A program made the translations under genes and the position numbers. 62,107 bases of DNA from an uncultured Ktedonobacteraceae bacterium (GTDB lineage: Bacteria > Chloroflexota > Ktedonobacteria > Ktedonobacterales > Ktedonobacteraceae). The notes beneath the pieces were generated by a model. It was not told where the DNA came from, did no database searches, and was given only the letters and a program-made list of their open reading frames with translations. The DNA is taken from assembly GCA_964248005.1 (NCBI GenBank), contig CAXTWV010000003.1, positions 1-62,107 of the forward strand. The letters are read 5' to 3'. Positions 8,715 through 17,995 of the stretch are shown piece after piece. The first letter of the stretch is position 1. Each line of letters starts with the position of its first letter.

Positions 8715-10059
8715 ATCTTTGTTGAAAGGGAGCCGTCTGCGCGTCTGTGTCATTTGTTTTATGTTCTCTCCTCTGATTGGCGGCTCGGAAGTACAAGCGG
8801 AGAAACACGCACGTCAACTACAAGCTCTCGGTCATGACGTTACCGTTGTCACACTACGCCTGAATAAGCAATGGCCCAAAACAGAACTCTTAAATGGATT
8901 GCCTGTGGTGCGCGTAGAGGGTTGGTATCGCCGCAATGGAACGCTGCATATCGGGCGGTTCGGACATCCATTTCTTGACATTGCGATGTTCCTTACATTG
9001 TGGAATATGCGGGACCGATATGATGTCATTCACTGTATGCAGCTTTCATCTATAGGTACGGCGGCTACCCTCGTGTGTCAGCTTACAAGAAAACCTATCA
9101 TTCTCAGCATTCAAAGTGCTGGACCCAATGAGCAACAGCAAGCACGTATTCAGCACAATGGTCCTTCACTCATGGCTGATACACTTACGACACTCAACGC
9201 CGATTTCTTAAAAGTGGGAGCACATGATTGGACAGCTGGTGATATCGAGAATTTGCCTCACTCGACGCTAGGTGGTCATGCTATCCTTCGCTTTCTCAAA
9301 CGCTCTAATGCATTTTATCAGGTACTAAGCAATCGCTGTCGAACCTATTTGACAAAGCATGGCTTTAAACCAGAGCATATTGAACGTATTCCGAACGGCG
9401 TCGATATTGATACATTTCGACCTGCTGTTCACCAACCCGACCCGTCACTGCCGGAACGCGATATTCTTTGTGTCTCGCGTCTGGAATATCCGAAGGGAGT
9501 GGATGTACTCCTCCATGCATGGGGGCGCATGATGCATGAACCTTCTGAGTGGCGTACTTCTCTCAAACCTCGGCTGCGTATTGTTGGGCAAGGAATATTT
9601 CTGCCACAGATGCAACGCATTGTCGAGGAACTCGGCATTCAAGAAAGCGTTGAATTTTTAGGTCTGCGCCGCGACGTGGTGAATTTGTTACAACAATCCT
9701 GGGGCTTTGTACTCCCTTCGCGTTGGGAGGGTATGCCAAACGCGCTTTTAGAAGCAATGGCTTGCCGTCTTCCATGCGTAGCAACACGGGTGAGCGGTAG
9801 TGAAGATATTATTGATGACGGTATCAATGGCCTCCTGGTAGAGCCTGAAAACCCTGCGGAACTGGCAGTGGCATTACGCCGTATCGTGGAAGATACATCA
9901 CTTGCACAAGCATTAGCGCGGGAAGCATACACAACAGTTGTGAATGAATATCAACTGAAGACAATTGCCGAGCTGAGTTTACAACTTTATTATCGTCTTT
10001 TAGGGCAAGAAGGCAAGAACGTTTTGCCTCTGGTTTTGGAAAATGGAGGGAGGGTATGA
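8707..10059 (+). CDS. glycosyltransferase family 4 (GT-B)
   Basis: C-terminal GT1/GT4 signature VLPSRWEGMPNALLEAMACRLPCVATRVSGSEDIIDDGINGLLVE. Overlaps the upstream gene by 8 nt (operon). Close paralogue of the next gene. Confidence 0.85.
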   Translation: MPKSLLKGSRLRVCVICFMFSPLIGGSEVQAEKHARQLQALGHDVTVVTLRLNKQWPKTELLNGLPVVRVEGWYRRNGTLHIGRFGHPFLDIAMFLTLWNMRDRYDVIHCMQLSSIGTAATLVCQLTRKPIILSIQSAGPNEQQQARIQHNGPSLMADTLTTLNADFLKVGAHDWTAGDIENLPHSTLGGHAILRFLKRSNAFYQVLSNRCRTYLTKHGFKPEHIERIPNGVDIDTFRPAVHQPDPSLPERDILCVSRLEYPKGVDVLLHAWGRMMHEPSEWRTSLKPRLRIVGQGIFLPQMQRIVEELGIQESVEFLGLRRDVVNLLQQSWGFVLPSRWEGMPNALLEAMACRLPCVATRVSGSEDIIDDGINGLLVEPENPAELAVALRRIVEDTSLAQALAREAYTTVVNEYQLKTIAELSLQLYYRLLGQEGKNVLPLVLENGGRV

Positions 10060-11399
10060 GCCAGCAAGATGCATCGCGTACCTCAAAGAGATTACGCATT
10101 TACATTGCGATCTCGACATTCCATCCTTACGTTGGTGGTGCGGAAAAACAGGCGCATGCCCAGGGATGTGTGTTGCGTGAACGTGGGCACGAAGCGACAA
10201 TTGTCACATTTCGTCATGACAAACAATGGGCAAAACACGAGACAATAGGCGGAGTGCCAGTGAAACGCATCGCAGGTTTACTTCTAGGCGACAGAAAAAA
10301 TCAGCCGAGAGTGTTTCAGCAAGCACTCTATATATTAGCATTGATTGTCATGGGATGGACCTTGTGGCGCGAACGACACAAGTATGATCTCTTACATGTC
10401 TACCAACTGAGTCTGCTCGCATTGCCAGCAGCAATTGTGTGTAAACTGAGCAAGAAGCCTTTGATAGTGGCTGTGCGTAGTTCAGGCTCATCGGGGAAGA
10501 TTTCGGGGTCGCATACTACAGCGTCAATGCTCGCTGGCCCTCTCGATCCAACAGAACCGTGGTTGCGCATAGATGCACAAACATGGGTAGATGGTGACTT
10601 AGAATCGCTTGTTCGCATGGGCAAACCATTTGTGCGCTATACACGTATGATCCTGCTTCAGATACATGCAGTGGTCGTGGTACTGAGTTCGCGGATGAAA
10701 GAGTATGTTGCAGCACATGATTTTCTGTTGCCCAATACGCAACTCATTCCTAATGGCGTAAATACAAAACGCTTCTATCCTACATCCGACACGTCCTTAC
10801 AAGAAACGAGGGCGCACACTGTCGTCTGCGTTTCAAAGTTGCGCTACGAAAAAGGAGTAGATGTTCTTCTGCAAGCATGGTATCTGGTTCAGCGGCAGGT
10901 ACCACAAGCACGACTCATTCTCGTAGGAAGTGGTCCGATACAATCACAACTAACACAAATGGCTGAAGCACTTGGTATCAGAGAGAGTATCGAATTTGCA
11001 GGGCTACAAAGCGACGTGGTAGCACAAGTACATAGGGCGGGTATTGCAATCTTACCCTCGCGTTGGGAGGGTATGCCCAACGCCGTTTTAGAGGCAATGG
11101 CTTGTGGCATTGCATGCATAGCAACACGAGTCAGTGGAAGTGAAGATATCATTCAGCAAGGTGTCAACGGCTTACTTGTCGAGGTTGAAGACTATGAGGC
11201 AATGGCAGAAGCACTCTTGACCCTACTCTGTGACACTACCCTCGCCATACAGTATGGGCAAGCCGCTCGTGCAACTGTTGAGCAACGCTATAGCCTTGAA
11301 CATATTACTGATATGTATATAGAACTGTACCAAAAGATGGTTACACCGCAAACAAACCATGTAGAGCATCTTTCTCCTTCTGAAAGCTACATCGGATAA
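10056..11399 (+). CDS. glycosyltransferase family 4 (GT-B), tandem paralogue
   Basis: ILPSRWEGMPNAVLEAMACGIACIATRVSGSEDIIQQGVNGLLVE is nearly identical to the motif in 8707-10059. SD GGAGGGAGGG upstream. 4-nt overlap with the upstream stop. Confidence 0.85.
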   Translation: MSQQDASRTSKRLRIYIAISTFHPYVGGAEKQAHAQGCVLRERGHEATIVTFRHDKQWAKHETIGGVPVKRIAGLLLGDRKNQPRVFQQALYILALIVMGWTLWRERHKYDLLHVYQLSLLALPAAIVCKLSKKPLIVAVRSSGSSGKISGSHTTASMLAGPLDPTEPWLRIDAQTWVDGDLESLVRMGKPFVRYTRMILLQIHAVVVVLSSRMKEYVAAHDFLLPNTQLIPNGVNTKRFYPTSDTSLQETRAHTVVCVSKLRYEKGVDVLLQAWYLVQRQVPQARLILVGSGPIQSQLTQMAEALGIRESIEFAGLQSDVVAQVHRAGIAILPSRWEGMPNAVLEAMACGIACIATRVSGSEDIIQQGVNGLLVEVEDYEAMAEALLTLLCDTTLAIQYGQAARATVEQRYSLEHITDMYIELYQKMVTPQTNHVEHLSPSESYIG

Positions 11400-11425
11400 G
11401 ACGTTTGCGAAAGGATAGTTTCTTT

Positions 11426-13354
11426 ATGTGTGGAATAGCAGGTTTTATTGATACACAGCGCGATAATCCAGTACACCTTATAGATAGCATGTGTAAAATT
11501 ATTCGGCATCGTGGACCAGACGATCAGGGAGTGTGGATTGGAGAGGATGCCGATCACGGAATAGCTCTTGGTATGCGCCGACTCTCAATTATTGATGTGA
11601 GTGGTGGTCATCAGCCAATTTTCAATGAGGACCGTAGCATCGTTATCGTTTTCAATGGTGAGATTTATAACTACCAGGAATTACGTCAAACGCTGCAAGC
11701 TCGTGGTCATACTTTCGAGACACAGTGTGATACAGAAGCTATCGTACATGCCTACGAGGAATTTGGCGATGAGTGTGTATCACATCTACGTGGCATGTTT
11801 GCCTTCGCTCTTTGGGATAGAAAACGACAACGGCTTCTTGCGGCACGTGATCGCTTTGGGAAAAAACCATTGAGCTATTATTGGGATGGGCAACGTCTCT
11901 TCTTTGGCTCAGAAATAAAATCACTGCTTCAAGCAGGTATTCCACGCGAGGTAAACCGCGTTGCACTCGACGCATATCTTGTTTATGGTTATGTGCCAGC
12001 ACCAGACACGCTTTTTAAGGGCGTCATGAAGCTCCCTCCTGCATCCATCTTGATCTATGAGCATGGACAAATTAGCACTAAACGCTATTGGAATCTACCT
12101 TTTGAGAACACGTGTCATGACGACGAAGCAACGGCAATCGAGCACACACGAGCACTCCTGGAAGATGCCGTGCGCGTGCGTCTCATGAGTGAAGTGCCAC
12201 TTGGCGCGTTTTTAAGCGGTGGTGTAGACTCTAGTGTCGTTGTTGGTTTAATGAGTCAGGCCATGTCTCAGCCTGTCAAGACATTCTCTATCGGCTTCGA
12301 GGAAGAGGAATTTACAGAGTTGCCCTATGCACGTCAGGTTGCGAAGCACTTTGGGACAGAACATCATGAATTTCTTGTCAAGTCTGATCTCATTTCAGTG
12401 CTACCAGAACTGGTGTGGGAATACGACGAACCCTTTGCCGACTCCTCAATGTTGCCAACCTACTACGTTTCCAAGCTGGCGCGAGAACATGTCACGGTAG
12501 TATTGACAGGTGATGGAGGCGATGAAATCTTCGGTGGCTACGATCACTATGAGCGAGAATACAATATCAATCGCATTTCGCCTCTCATGCGTTATCTCTT
12601 GGCCTACGGGAGTATGCTCATTCCTAATGGTATGCGTGGGAAAAAACGCTTTGGCAACATGCATCGCGATCTCGCAACACGTAGTATACGCCTGATTTCA
12701 CGCTTTCCTAATGACACCCGTCCGACGATGTATACCCAGGATTATTTTGCGTCTTTGCGAGAGAATGATCCCTACGCGCGGCATATCAATCTCTATAAAG
12801 AGGTGTCACATCTCGACATTCTTACACAGATGCAAGCTGTTGACGTTCAAGTCTATCTTCCTGATGATATCCTGGTCAAGGTTGACAGGGCAAGTATGCT
12901 CAATTCGTTGGAAGCTCGTTGTCCACTCCTCGACCATCAACTTGCTGAGTATGTCACATCGCTCGATCCATCGCTACGTATCCACAATGGTACGCTGAAA
13001 TACTTGCTGAAACAGGTGGCAAAAGACTTTCTACCAGCAGATATTCTCTCACGTCCCAAGCAGGGCTTTGGAGTACCGATCAAACATTGGTTCCGGGGCG
13101 ACCTTACTGAATACGCACGAGAGGTGCTTGACTCACCACGTACACAACAACGTGGCATATTTAATCCAGCCTTTATTCGCAACATTCTGAAAGAACACGC
13201 AACAACAACACTTGTTAATCATAGCTCCGCTATCTGGACCCTGCTCTGCTTAGAACTCTGGTTTCGTATCTATATGGATGAACCTTTAGTAGATATTACG
13301 TCAGGACCACAAGTACAAACAGCCGATAGGGATCATGTTTACGGTGTCCGCTAA
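11426..13354 (+). CDS. asparagine synthase (glutamine-hydrolysing) family amidotransferase, copy 1
   Basis: ORF 11405-13354, started at MCGIAGF (Cys2 Ntn-glutaminase nucleophile). PP-loop LSGGVDSSVVVG. AsnB-like C-terminal domain. Confidence 0.9.
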   Translation: MCGIAGFIDTQRDNPVHLIDSMCKIIRHRGPDDQGVWIGEDADHGIALGMRRLSIIDVSGGHQPIFNEDRSIVIVFNGEIYNYQELRQTLQARGHTFETQCDTEAIVHAYEEFGDECVSHLRGMFAFALWDRKRQRLLAARDRFGKKPLSYYWDGQRLFFGSEIKSLLQAGIPREVNRVALDAYLVYGYVPAPDTLFKGVMKLPPASILIYEHGQISTKRYWNLPFENTCHDDEATAIEHTRALLEDAVRVRLMSEVPLGAFLSGGVDSSVVVGLMSQAMSQPVKTFSIGFEEEEFTELPYARQVAKHFGTEHHEFLVKSDLISVLPELVWEYDEPFADSSMLPTYYVSKLAREHVTVVLTGDGGDEIFGGYDHYEREYNINRISPLMRYLLAYGSMLIPNGMRGKKRFGNMHRDLATRSIRLISRFPNDTRPTMYTQDYFASLRENDPYARHINLYKEVSHLDILTQMQAVDVQVYLPDDILVKVDRASMLNSLEARCPLLDHQLAEYVTSLDPSLRIHNGTLKYLLKQVAKDFLPADILSRPKQGFGVPIKHWFRGDLTEYAREVLDSPRTQQRGIFNPAFIRNILKEHATTTLVNHSSAIWTLLCLELWFRIYMDEPLVDITSGPQVQTADRDHVYGVR

Positions 13355-13370
13355 AAGAGAGGTATATTCT

Positions 13371-15335
13371 ATGTGTGGTATTTGTGGTATTTACAATGCC
13401 CAAAGTCACGAGCCAATTTCGCCTCAGCTTATTGAACAAATGACACAGCTGATAGCACATCGTGGACCAGACGATAATGGGGCATATATTGATGGTCCTG
13501 TTGGGCTGGGCTTTGCACGACTTAGCATCATTGATTTAAGTGGTGGTCATCAGCCAATGTGCAATGAAACAGGCGATATCTGGATTGTCTTCAATGGCGA
13601 GATATGGAACTATAAGACGTTGCGTGCCGAATTACTCGCAAAAGGTCATCAGTTTCGCACGAATTGCGATACCGAGACCATCGTTCATGCTTATGAGGAA
13701 TACGGTGTAGATTGTGTAGCACGTCTGCATGGCATGTTCGGTTTCGCCATCTGGGATGGCCCACGCCAACGTCTTCTGCTAGCACGAGACCGTGCAGGAA
13801 AGAAGCCACTCTACTATACGCGCGTCGATGGTGACCTACTTTTCGCTTCGGAGATTAAGTCGCTTCTCTGCCATCCTCGTGTCAAACGCGAGGCTGATAC
13901 ACAGGCACTCGCGGACTTTCTTAGTGTTCGTTATGTACCAGCACCTGCAACACTATTTAAAAATATTTACAAGCTGCTCCCTGGACACTGGCTCCTCTAT
14001 GAGCATGGTTCGCTACATGAAGAATGCTACTGGGATTACACCTTTGGGCCAACAGAACATCGTAGCGAAGCTGAATATTTACAGGGTATTCGTGAGCATG
14101 TTCATCGAGCGGTGGAAGAGCGCATGATGGCCGATGTACCAGTAGGAGCAATGTTAAGCGGAGGCGTGGATTCTAGTATTATCTCAGGCATCATGAGTAC
14201 CTTGACGAAGCATAAAGTGAAGACGTTCTCGGTCGGCTTCGATCATCCTGAATATAGCGAGCTACCCTATGCAAAACTTGTAGCTGACCACTTTGGAACA
14301 GAACATCATGAGTTGGTCGTAAAGTCGTCTGATCTCACGGAATACTGGCCTCTGCTCACGTGGCATCGAGACGAACCGGTGAGCGAGCCATCAGATTTAG
14401 GTGTCTATTTAGTTTCAAAGTTAGCACGACAACATGTAAAAGTTGTCCTGTCCGGTGAAGGTGGAGATGAATTATTCGCGGGCTATCCTAAATACGTCGT
14501 TGATTGGCTGGCTGGCTATTATCATATTCTCCCTGCGTCTATACGCGACAACGTTATTCAGTCTCTGCTAGACCGCCTACCTTACAGTATGCGCAAACTC
14601 AAGACGGCGGCCCGCAATCTTTCACAGCCTACCCCACAACGATGGATGAATTGGTTCGGCATTTTTAATGGCTCACTAAAGGAACAATTGCTCTCTACAC
14701 AGACAAAAGCAGACATTGACCTTGACGCCAGCCGTGTATTCCAAACATGGTTGCGGAAAAATCCACAGCGCGATGATCTCTCATCTATGTTATACCTGGA
14801 CACAAAAATCTGGCTACCTGATAATCTTCTTATGAAGGGCGACAAGATGACGATGGCGGCTTCGTTAGAGGCACGCATTCCCTTGCTTGACGACAAACTC
14901 ACCGAATATGCCGCGAGTATTCCATCACATCTCAAAATAAAATCGTTTCGTGCGAAGTATATGCTCAAACAAGCATTTGCTGACTTTCTCCCAGAAACTA
15001 TCCTGACACGCAAGAAGATGGGCTTCAATGTTCCAACAGGAGTGTGGTTCCGTGAGGGACAGCGCGGCTTTATCACCAACCTCTTACTTTCCGAGCGCAC
15101 ACGGAGTCGGGGCTATTTTAATGACGCCTTTATCGCACAAATGGTACATGACCACATGGAAGGTACAACCAATTATCAGGCGCAATTGTTCACGCTGGCA
15201 AGTCTGGAACTCTGGTTCAGAGTCTTTATTGATAGTCCACAACTCGCGATGCCGCAAGGCTCCGTTGAAACACTACTGGATGATGACCATAAATTATCGC
15301 ATAGTGGCATATCGCTTCCAGCGGGGACGCGATAA
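13371..15335 (+). CDS. asparagine synthase (glutamine-hydrolysing) family amidotransferase, copy 2
   Basis: ORF 13335-15335, started at MCGICGIY. PP-loop LSGGVDSSIISG. Clearly paralogous to copy 1 (RGPDD..GLG..RLSIIDLSGGHQP..VFNGEIWNY..CDTE.IVHAYEE). Confidence 0.9.
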   Translation: MCGICGIYNAQSHEPISPQLIEQMTQLIAHRGPDDNGAYIDGPVGLGFARLSIIDLSGGHQPMCNETGDIWIVFNGEIWNYKTLRAELLAKGHQFRTNCDTETIVHAYEEYGVDCVARLHGMFGFAIWDGPRQRLLLARDRAGKKPLYYTRVDGDLLFASEIKSLLCHPRVKREADTQALADFLSVRYVPAPATLFKNIYKLLPGHWLLYEHGSLHEECYWDYTFGPTEHRSEAEYLQGIREHVHRAVEERMMADVPVGAMLSGGVDSSIISGIMSTLTKHKVKTFSVGFDHPEYSELPYAKLVADHFGTEHHELVVKSSDLTEYWPLLTWHRDEPVSEPSDLGVYLVSKLARQHVKVVLSGEGGDELFAGYPKYVVDWLAGYYHILPASIRDNVIQSLLDRLPYSMRKLKTAARNLSQPTPQRWMNWFGIFNGSLKEQLLSTQTKADIDLDASRVFQTWLRKNPQRDDLSSMLYLDTKIWLPDNLLMKGDKMTMAASLEARIPLLDDKLTEYAASIPSHLKIKSFRAKYMLKQAFADFLPETILTRKKMGFNVPTGVWFREGQRGFITNLLLSERTRSRGYFNDAFIAQMVHDHMEGTTNYQAQLFTLASLELWFRVFIDSPQLAMPQGSVETLLDDDHKLSHSGISLPAGTR

Positions 15336-15369
15336 TGCAATTTGACAAATGAATGTGGATACGCCAATT

Positions 15370-15492
15370 GTAGGGGTCTAATTCTATTACACCCTTTTGG
15401 CAATCGAGAAGGTGCGAGGACATCTGCAAAGTTGCATCACTTCTTCCAACAGAGTTCATCGCCAAAAGGGTGTAATAGAATTAGACCCCTAC
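15370..15492. repeat. perfect 32-bp inverted repeat (arms 15370-15401 and 15461-15492) with a 59-nt spacer, intergenic inside the glycan operon
   Basis: Left arm GTAGGGGTCTAATTCTATTACACCCTTTTGGC. The right arm is its exact reverse complement GCCAAAAGGGTGTAATAGAATTAGACCCCTAC. Read directly from the sequence. Confidence 0.9.
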
Positions 15493-15582
15493 GGGCGTTT
15501 CGTATCCTAATTATTTTATCAAACCTCGTAATCGGTTTCTACAAACCTTATACAAAGAAATGCAGAAGGAGGGGTCTCTACT

Positions 15583-16671
15583 ATGTCATCTTCTACATCT
15601 ATAGAAGAGCAAACTGCCCCGAAAAAATATCGCGTCTTGATGGTGACAGGGATTTATCCTACACCGGAACGCCCACATAAAGGAACATTTGTAAAACCTA
15701 TCGTTGATTCACTTCTTGCTGATGGTCACACTGTGGAAATCGTGCATCCGAATCCAAGTTATCCATCGCCGCTTCGTTACCTACTGGCAACGCTACAGGT
15801 TTTTTTCAAGACATTGACAGGGCGTTTTGACATTGTTCATGGACATTACGGTTTATGGTGTCTGGTGGCACGAATGCAGTGGACAACACCTGTTGTCGCG
15901 GCATACCTCGGTGATGATTTACTGGGAACGGTTACAGTCGATGAAAGCATTAGCAAGAAAAGTTTGCTTGTTGTGCGTGTAAGTCAATGGCTCTGTCGTC
16001 ATGTTGAGGTTGTCACGGTAAAGTCTGAGCAAATGAAAAGAGCGTCGCTGACAGAAGATGCTGTTGTGCTTGCCGATGGCATCAACTTTGACTTGTTTCA
16101 GCCCATGCTGCGTACCGAGGCACGTACACTTTTAGGTTGGGACTCGAACAAATATTATGTCGTCTTTGCCAATAATCCTACTATTCCTGTCAAAAATTTT
16201 AAACTGGCAAAAGCTGCGATTGAGCGTTTACGTGAGCGCGGCATGGAAGCAGAGTTAATGGTTGCTACAGGTCTACCGCAGTCAAAAGTAGTGCAGTACA
16301 TCAACGCAAGCAATGCTCTCATCCTCCCATCTATTGCGGAAGGCGCACCAAACGTTGTGAAAGAAGCGATGGCATGCAATGTACCCGTTGTCGCGACAAA
16401 TGTCGGTGATGTCGAACAAGTCATCGTGCAGACAGAAGGGTGTACCGTTTGTGTGCGTGATGCTGACGCAATGGCTGCAGGTCTTGAGAAAGCTCTCTTA
16501 CATTCTGAACGCACAACAGGAAGAGCAGATATCCTACAGTCAGATCATATGGTTACATTAAAGCATGTCCTTGCTATGTATGCTCAAGCTATACTGAAAA
16601 AGGCACAAAAATCGCATAAACGGAATGCAAAGTCTGTACAGCAGGAGGTATCTCATGCGAGCATCTCGTAG
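15583..16671 (+). CDS. glycosyltransferase family 4 (TuaC-like)
   Basis: SD AAGGAGG precedes the ATG. N-terminus MVTGIYPTPERPHKGTFVKP. C-terminal LPSIAEGAPNVVKEAMACNVPVVATNVGDV. Confidence 0.85.
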   Translation: MSSSTSIEEQTAPKKYRVLMVTGIYPTPERPHKGTFVKPIVDSLLADGHTVEIVHPNPSYPSPLRYLLATLQVFFKTLTGRFDIVHGHYGLWCLVARMQWTTPVVAAYLGDDLLGTVTVDESISKKSLLVVRVSQWLCRHVEVVTVKSEQMKRASLTEDAVVLADGINFDLFQPMLRTEARTLLGWDSNKYYVVFANNPTIPVKNFKLAKAAIERLRERGMEAELMVATGLPQSKVVQYINASNALILPSIAEGAPNVVKEAMACNVPVVATNVGDVEQVIVQTEGCTVCVRDADAMAAGLEKALLHSERTTGRADILQSDHMVTLKHVLAMYAQAILKKAQKSHKRNAKSVQQEVSHASIS

Positions 16672-17902
16672 AGTGTTGATGCTTGTTGAAAACATCTCTG
16701 TACCAGCAGACCCACGCGTGTGGCGTGAAGCCTGTACACTTCGTCGCTATGGTTTTCAAGTTTCTATCATTTGCCCGAAAGGAGAGACGCGCGACCAAGA
16801 GTCGTATGTTTGTCTGGAAGGTATTCATATTTATCGCTATCGTCTCTCGACCACTATCAAAAAATCAAGTGATTACATAAAAGAATATGGCATTGCTATG
16901 CTCATGACTTTTCTGCTTAGCCTACGTATTCTTTTTCGTCATGGCTTTGACGTTATTCATGCTGCAAATCCACCTGACACGTTCTTTGCTATTGGGCTAT
17001 TCTATAAGCTCCTACGGAAGAAATATGTTTTCGATCAACACGATTTAGCACCCGAAATATTTCATGCCAAGTTCCAACATCGTATGAAAGCGTTGTATAG
17101 ATTGCTACTCTTCTTTGAACGACTGTCATATAAAACAGCCGATATTGTGATTACGACGAATGAGTCACAGAAACAAATCGCGTTACAACGTGGCGGATGT
17201 ATGGAGGAAAAAGTATTTGTGGTGCGTAACGGTCCTGACCTTACACGTTTCTCAGAAGTCACCCCCGAACCAGCATTGAAACAGGGAAAACAGTTTTTGC
17301 TTGCCTATGTTGGCGTTATGGGTGCCCAAGATGGCGTAGAGCTAGTATTACACGTACTTCATGAGCTTATTCACGTTCGTAAGCGTCAGGATGTATCGCT
17401 TGTACTTATGGGAGATGGTGAGCAACTTTCTATGCTCAAAGCACTCACGCACACACTAGACCTCGAAGAGGTTGTGCATTTTGCAGGCTGGGTTGCAAAG
17501 GCTGACATGTTGCGTTATCTCACGGTCACAGATGTTGGTCTGTCACCTGATCCGAGTAATGATTTAAACGACCATAGCACTATGCTCAAAACAATGGAGT
17601 ATATGGCAATGGGCAAGCCTGTGGTCGCTTTTGATTTGCTAGAGACACGTTTCTCGGCTCAAGACGCGGCTCTCTATGCGACTCCTAATGAAGTGACTTC
17701 GTTCGCAGATATGATAGAGATATTGCTCAATGATAAGGCGATGCGTTTACACATGGGTGCCATTGGACGGAAACGAGTCGAAGAGGTACTGTGCTGGGAA
17801 CGTACAAAAGTCAACTTATTACTTGCTTATGATTCGCTGTTTCCAAAGATTGCCGCACCTAAGCTACAAGTGAAAGAACCCACACCGACTTTTGTTGGAT
17901 AA
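16655..17902 (+). CDS. glycosyltransferase family 4 (WbuB/WcaI-like)
   Basis: ORF 16625-17902. The ATG at 16655 is preceded by AGGAGG. RVLMLVENISVPADPRVWREA, then EYMAMGKPVVAFDLLETR. Confidence 0.85.
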   Translation: MRASRRVLMLVENISVPADPRVWREACTLRRYGFQVSIICPKGETRDQESYVCLEGIHIYRYRLSTTIKKSSDYIKEYGIAMLMTFLLSLRILFRHGFDVIHAANPPDTFFAIGLFYKLLRKKYVFDQHDLAPEIFHAKFQHRMKALYRLLLFFERLSYKTADIVITTNESQKQIALQRGGCMEEKVFVVRNGPDLTRFSEVTPEPALKQGKQFLLAYVGVMGAQDGVELVLHVLHELIHVRKRQDVSLVLMGDGEQLSMLKALTHTLDLEEVVHFAGWVAKADMLRYLTVTDVGLSPDPSNDLNDHSTMLKTMEYMAMGKPVVAFDLLETRFSAQDAALYATPNEVTSFADMIEILLNDKAMRLHMGAIGRKRVEEVLCWERTKVNLLLAYDSLFPKIAAPKLQVKEPTPTFVG

Positions 17903-17930
17903 CATTGCAGCTAAAAAGTAGCGTTACCTC

Positions 17931-17978
17931 AAGTACAGAGGTCTCTACTCAATATGTTGAGTAGAGACCTCTGTACTT
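17931..17978. terminator. bidirectional hairpin terminator, 22-bp perfect stem
   Basis: AAGTACAGAGGTCTCTACTCAA tatg TTGAGTAGAGACCTCTGTACTT, between the convergent genes ending at 17902 (+) and 17996 (-). Confidence 0.7.
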
Positions 17979-17995
17979 TATAACTATCAGAAACG

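Noticed and set aside
14582-15100. 172-aa minus-strand ORF inside asnB copy 2, and similar long antisense ORFs (16155-16514, 30499-30948, 32142-32732, 38379-38789, 59903-60622)
   Set aside because: All are embedded in or antisense to genes with strong family signatures. They lack motifs and SD sequences.
15342-15680. 112-aa ORF spanning the 32-bp inverted repeat
   Set aside because: It reads through both arms of the palindrome and into the next gene in another frame. It has a TTG start without SD, and the real gene starts at 15583 with AAGGAGG.
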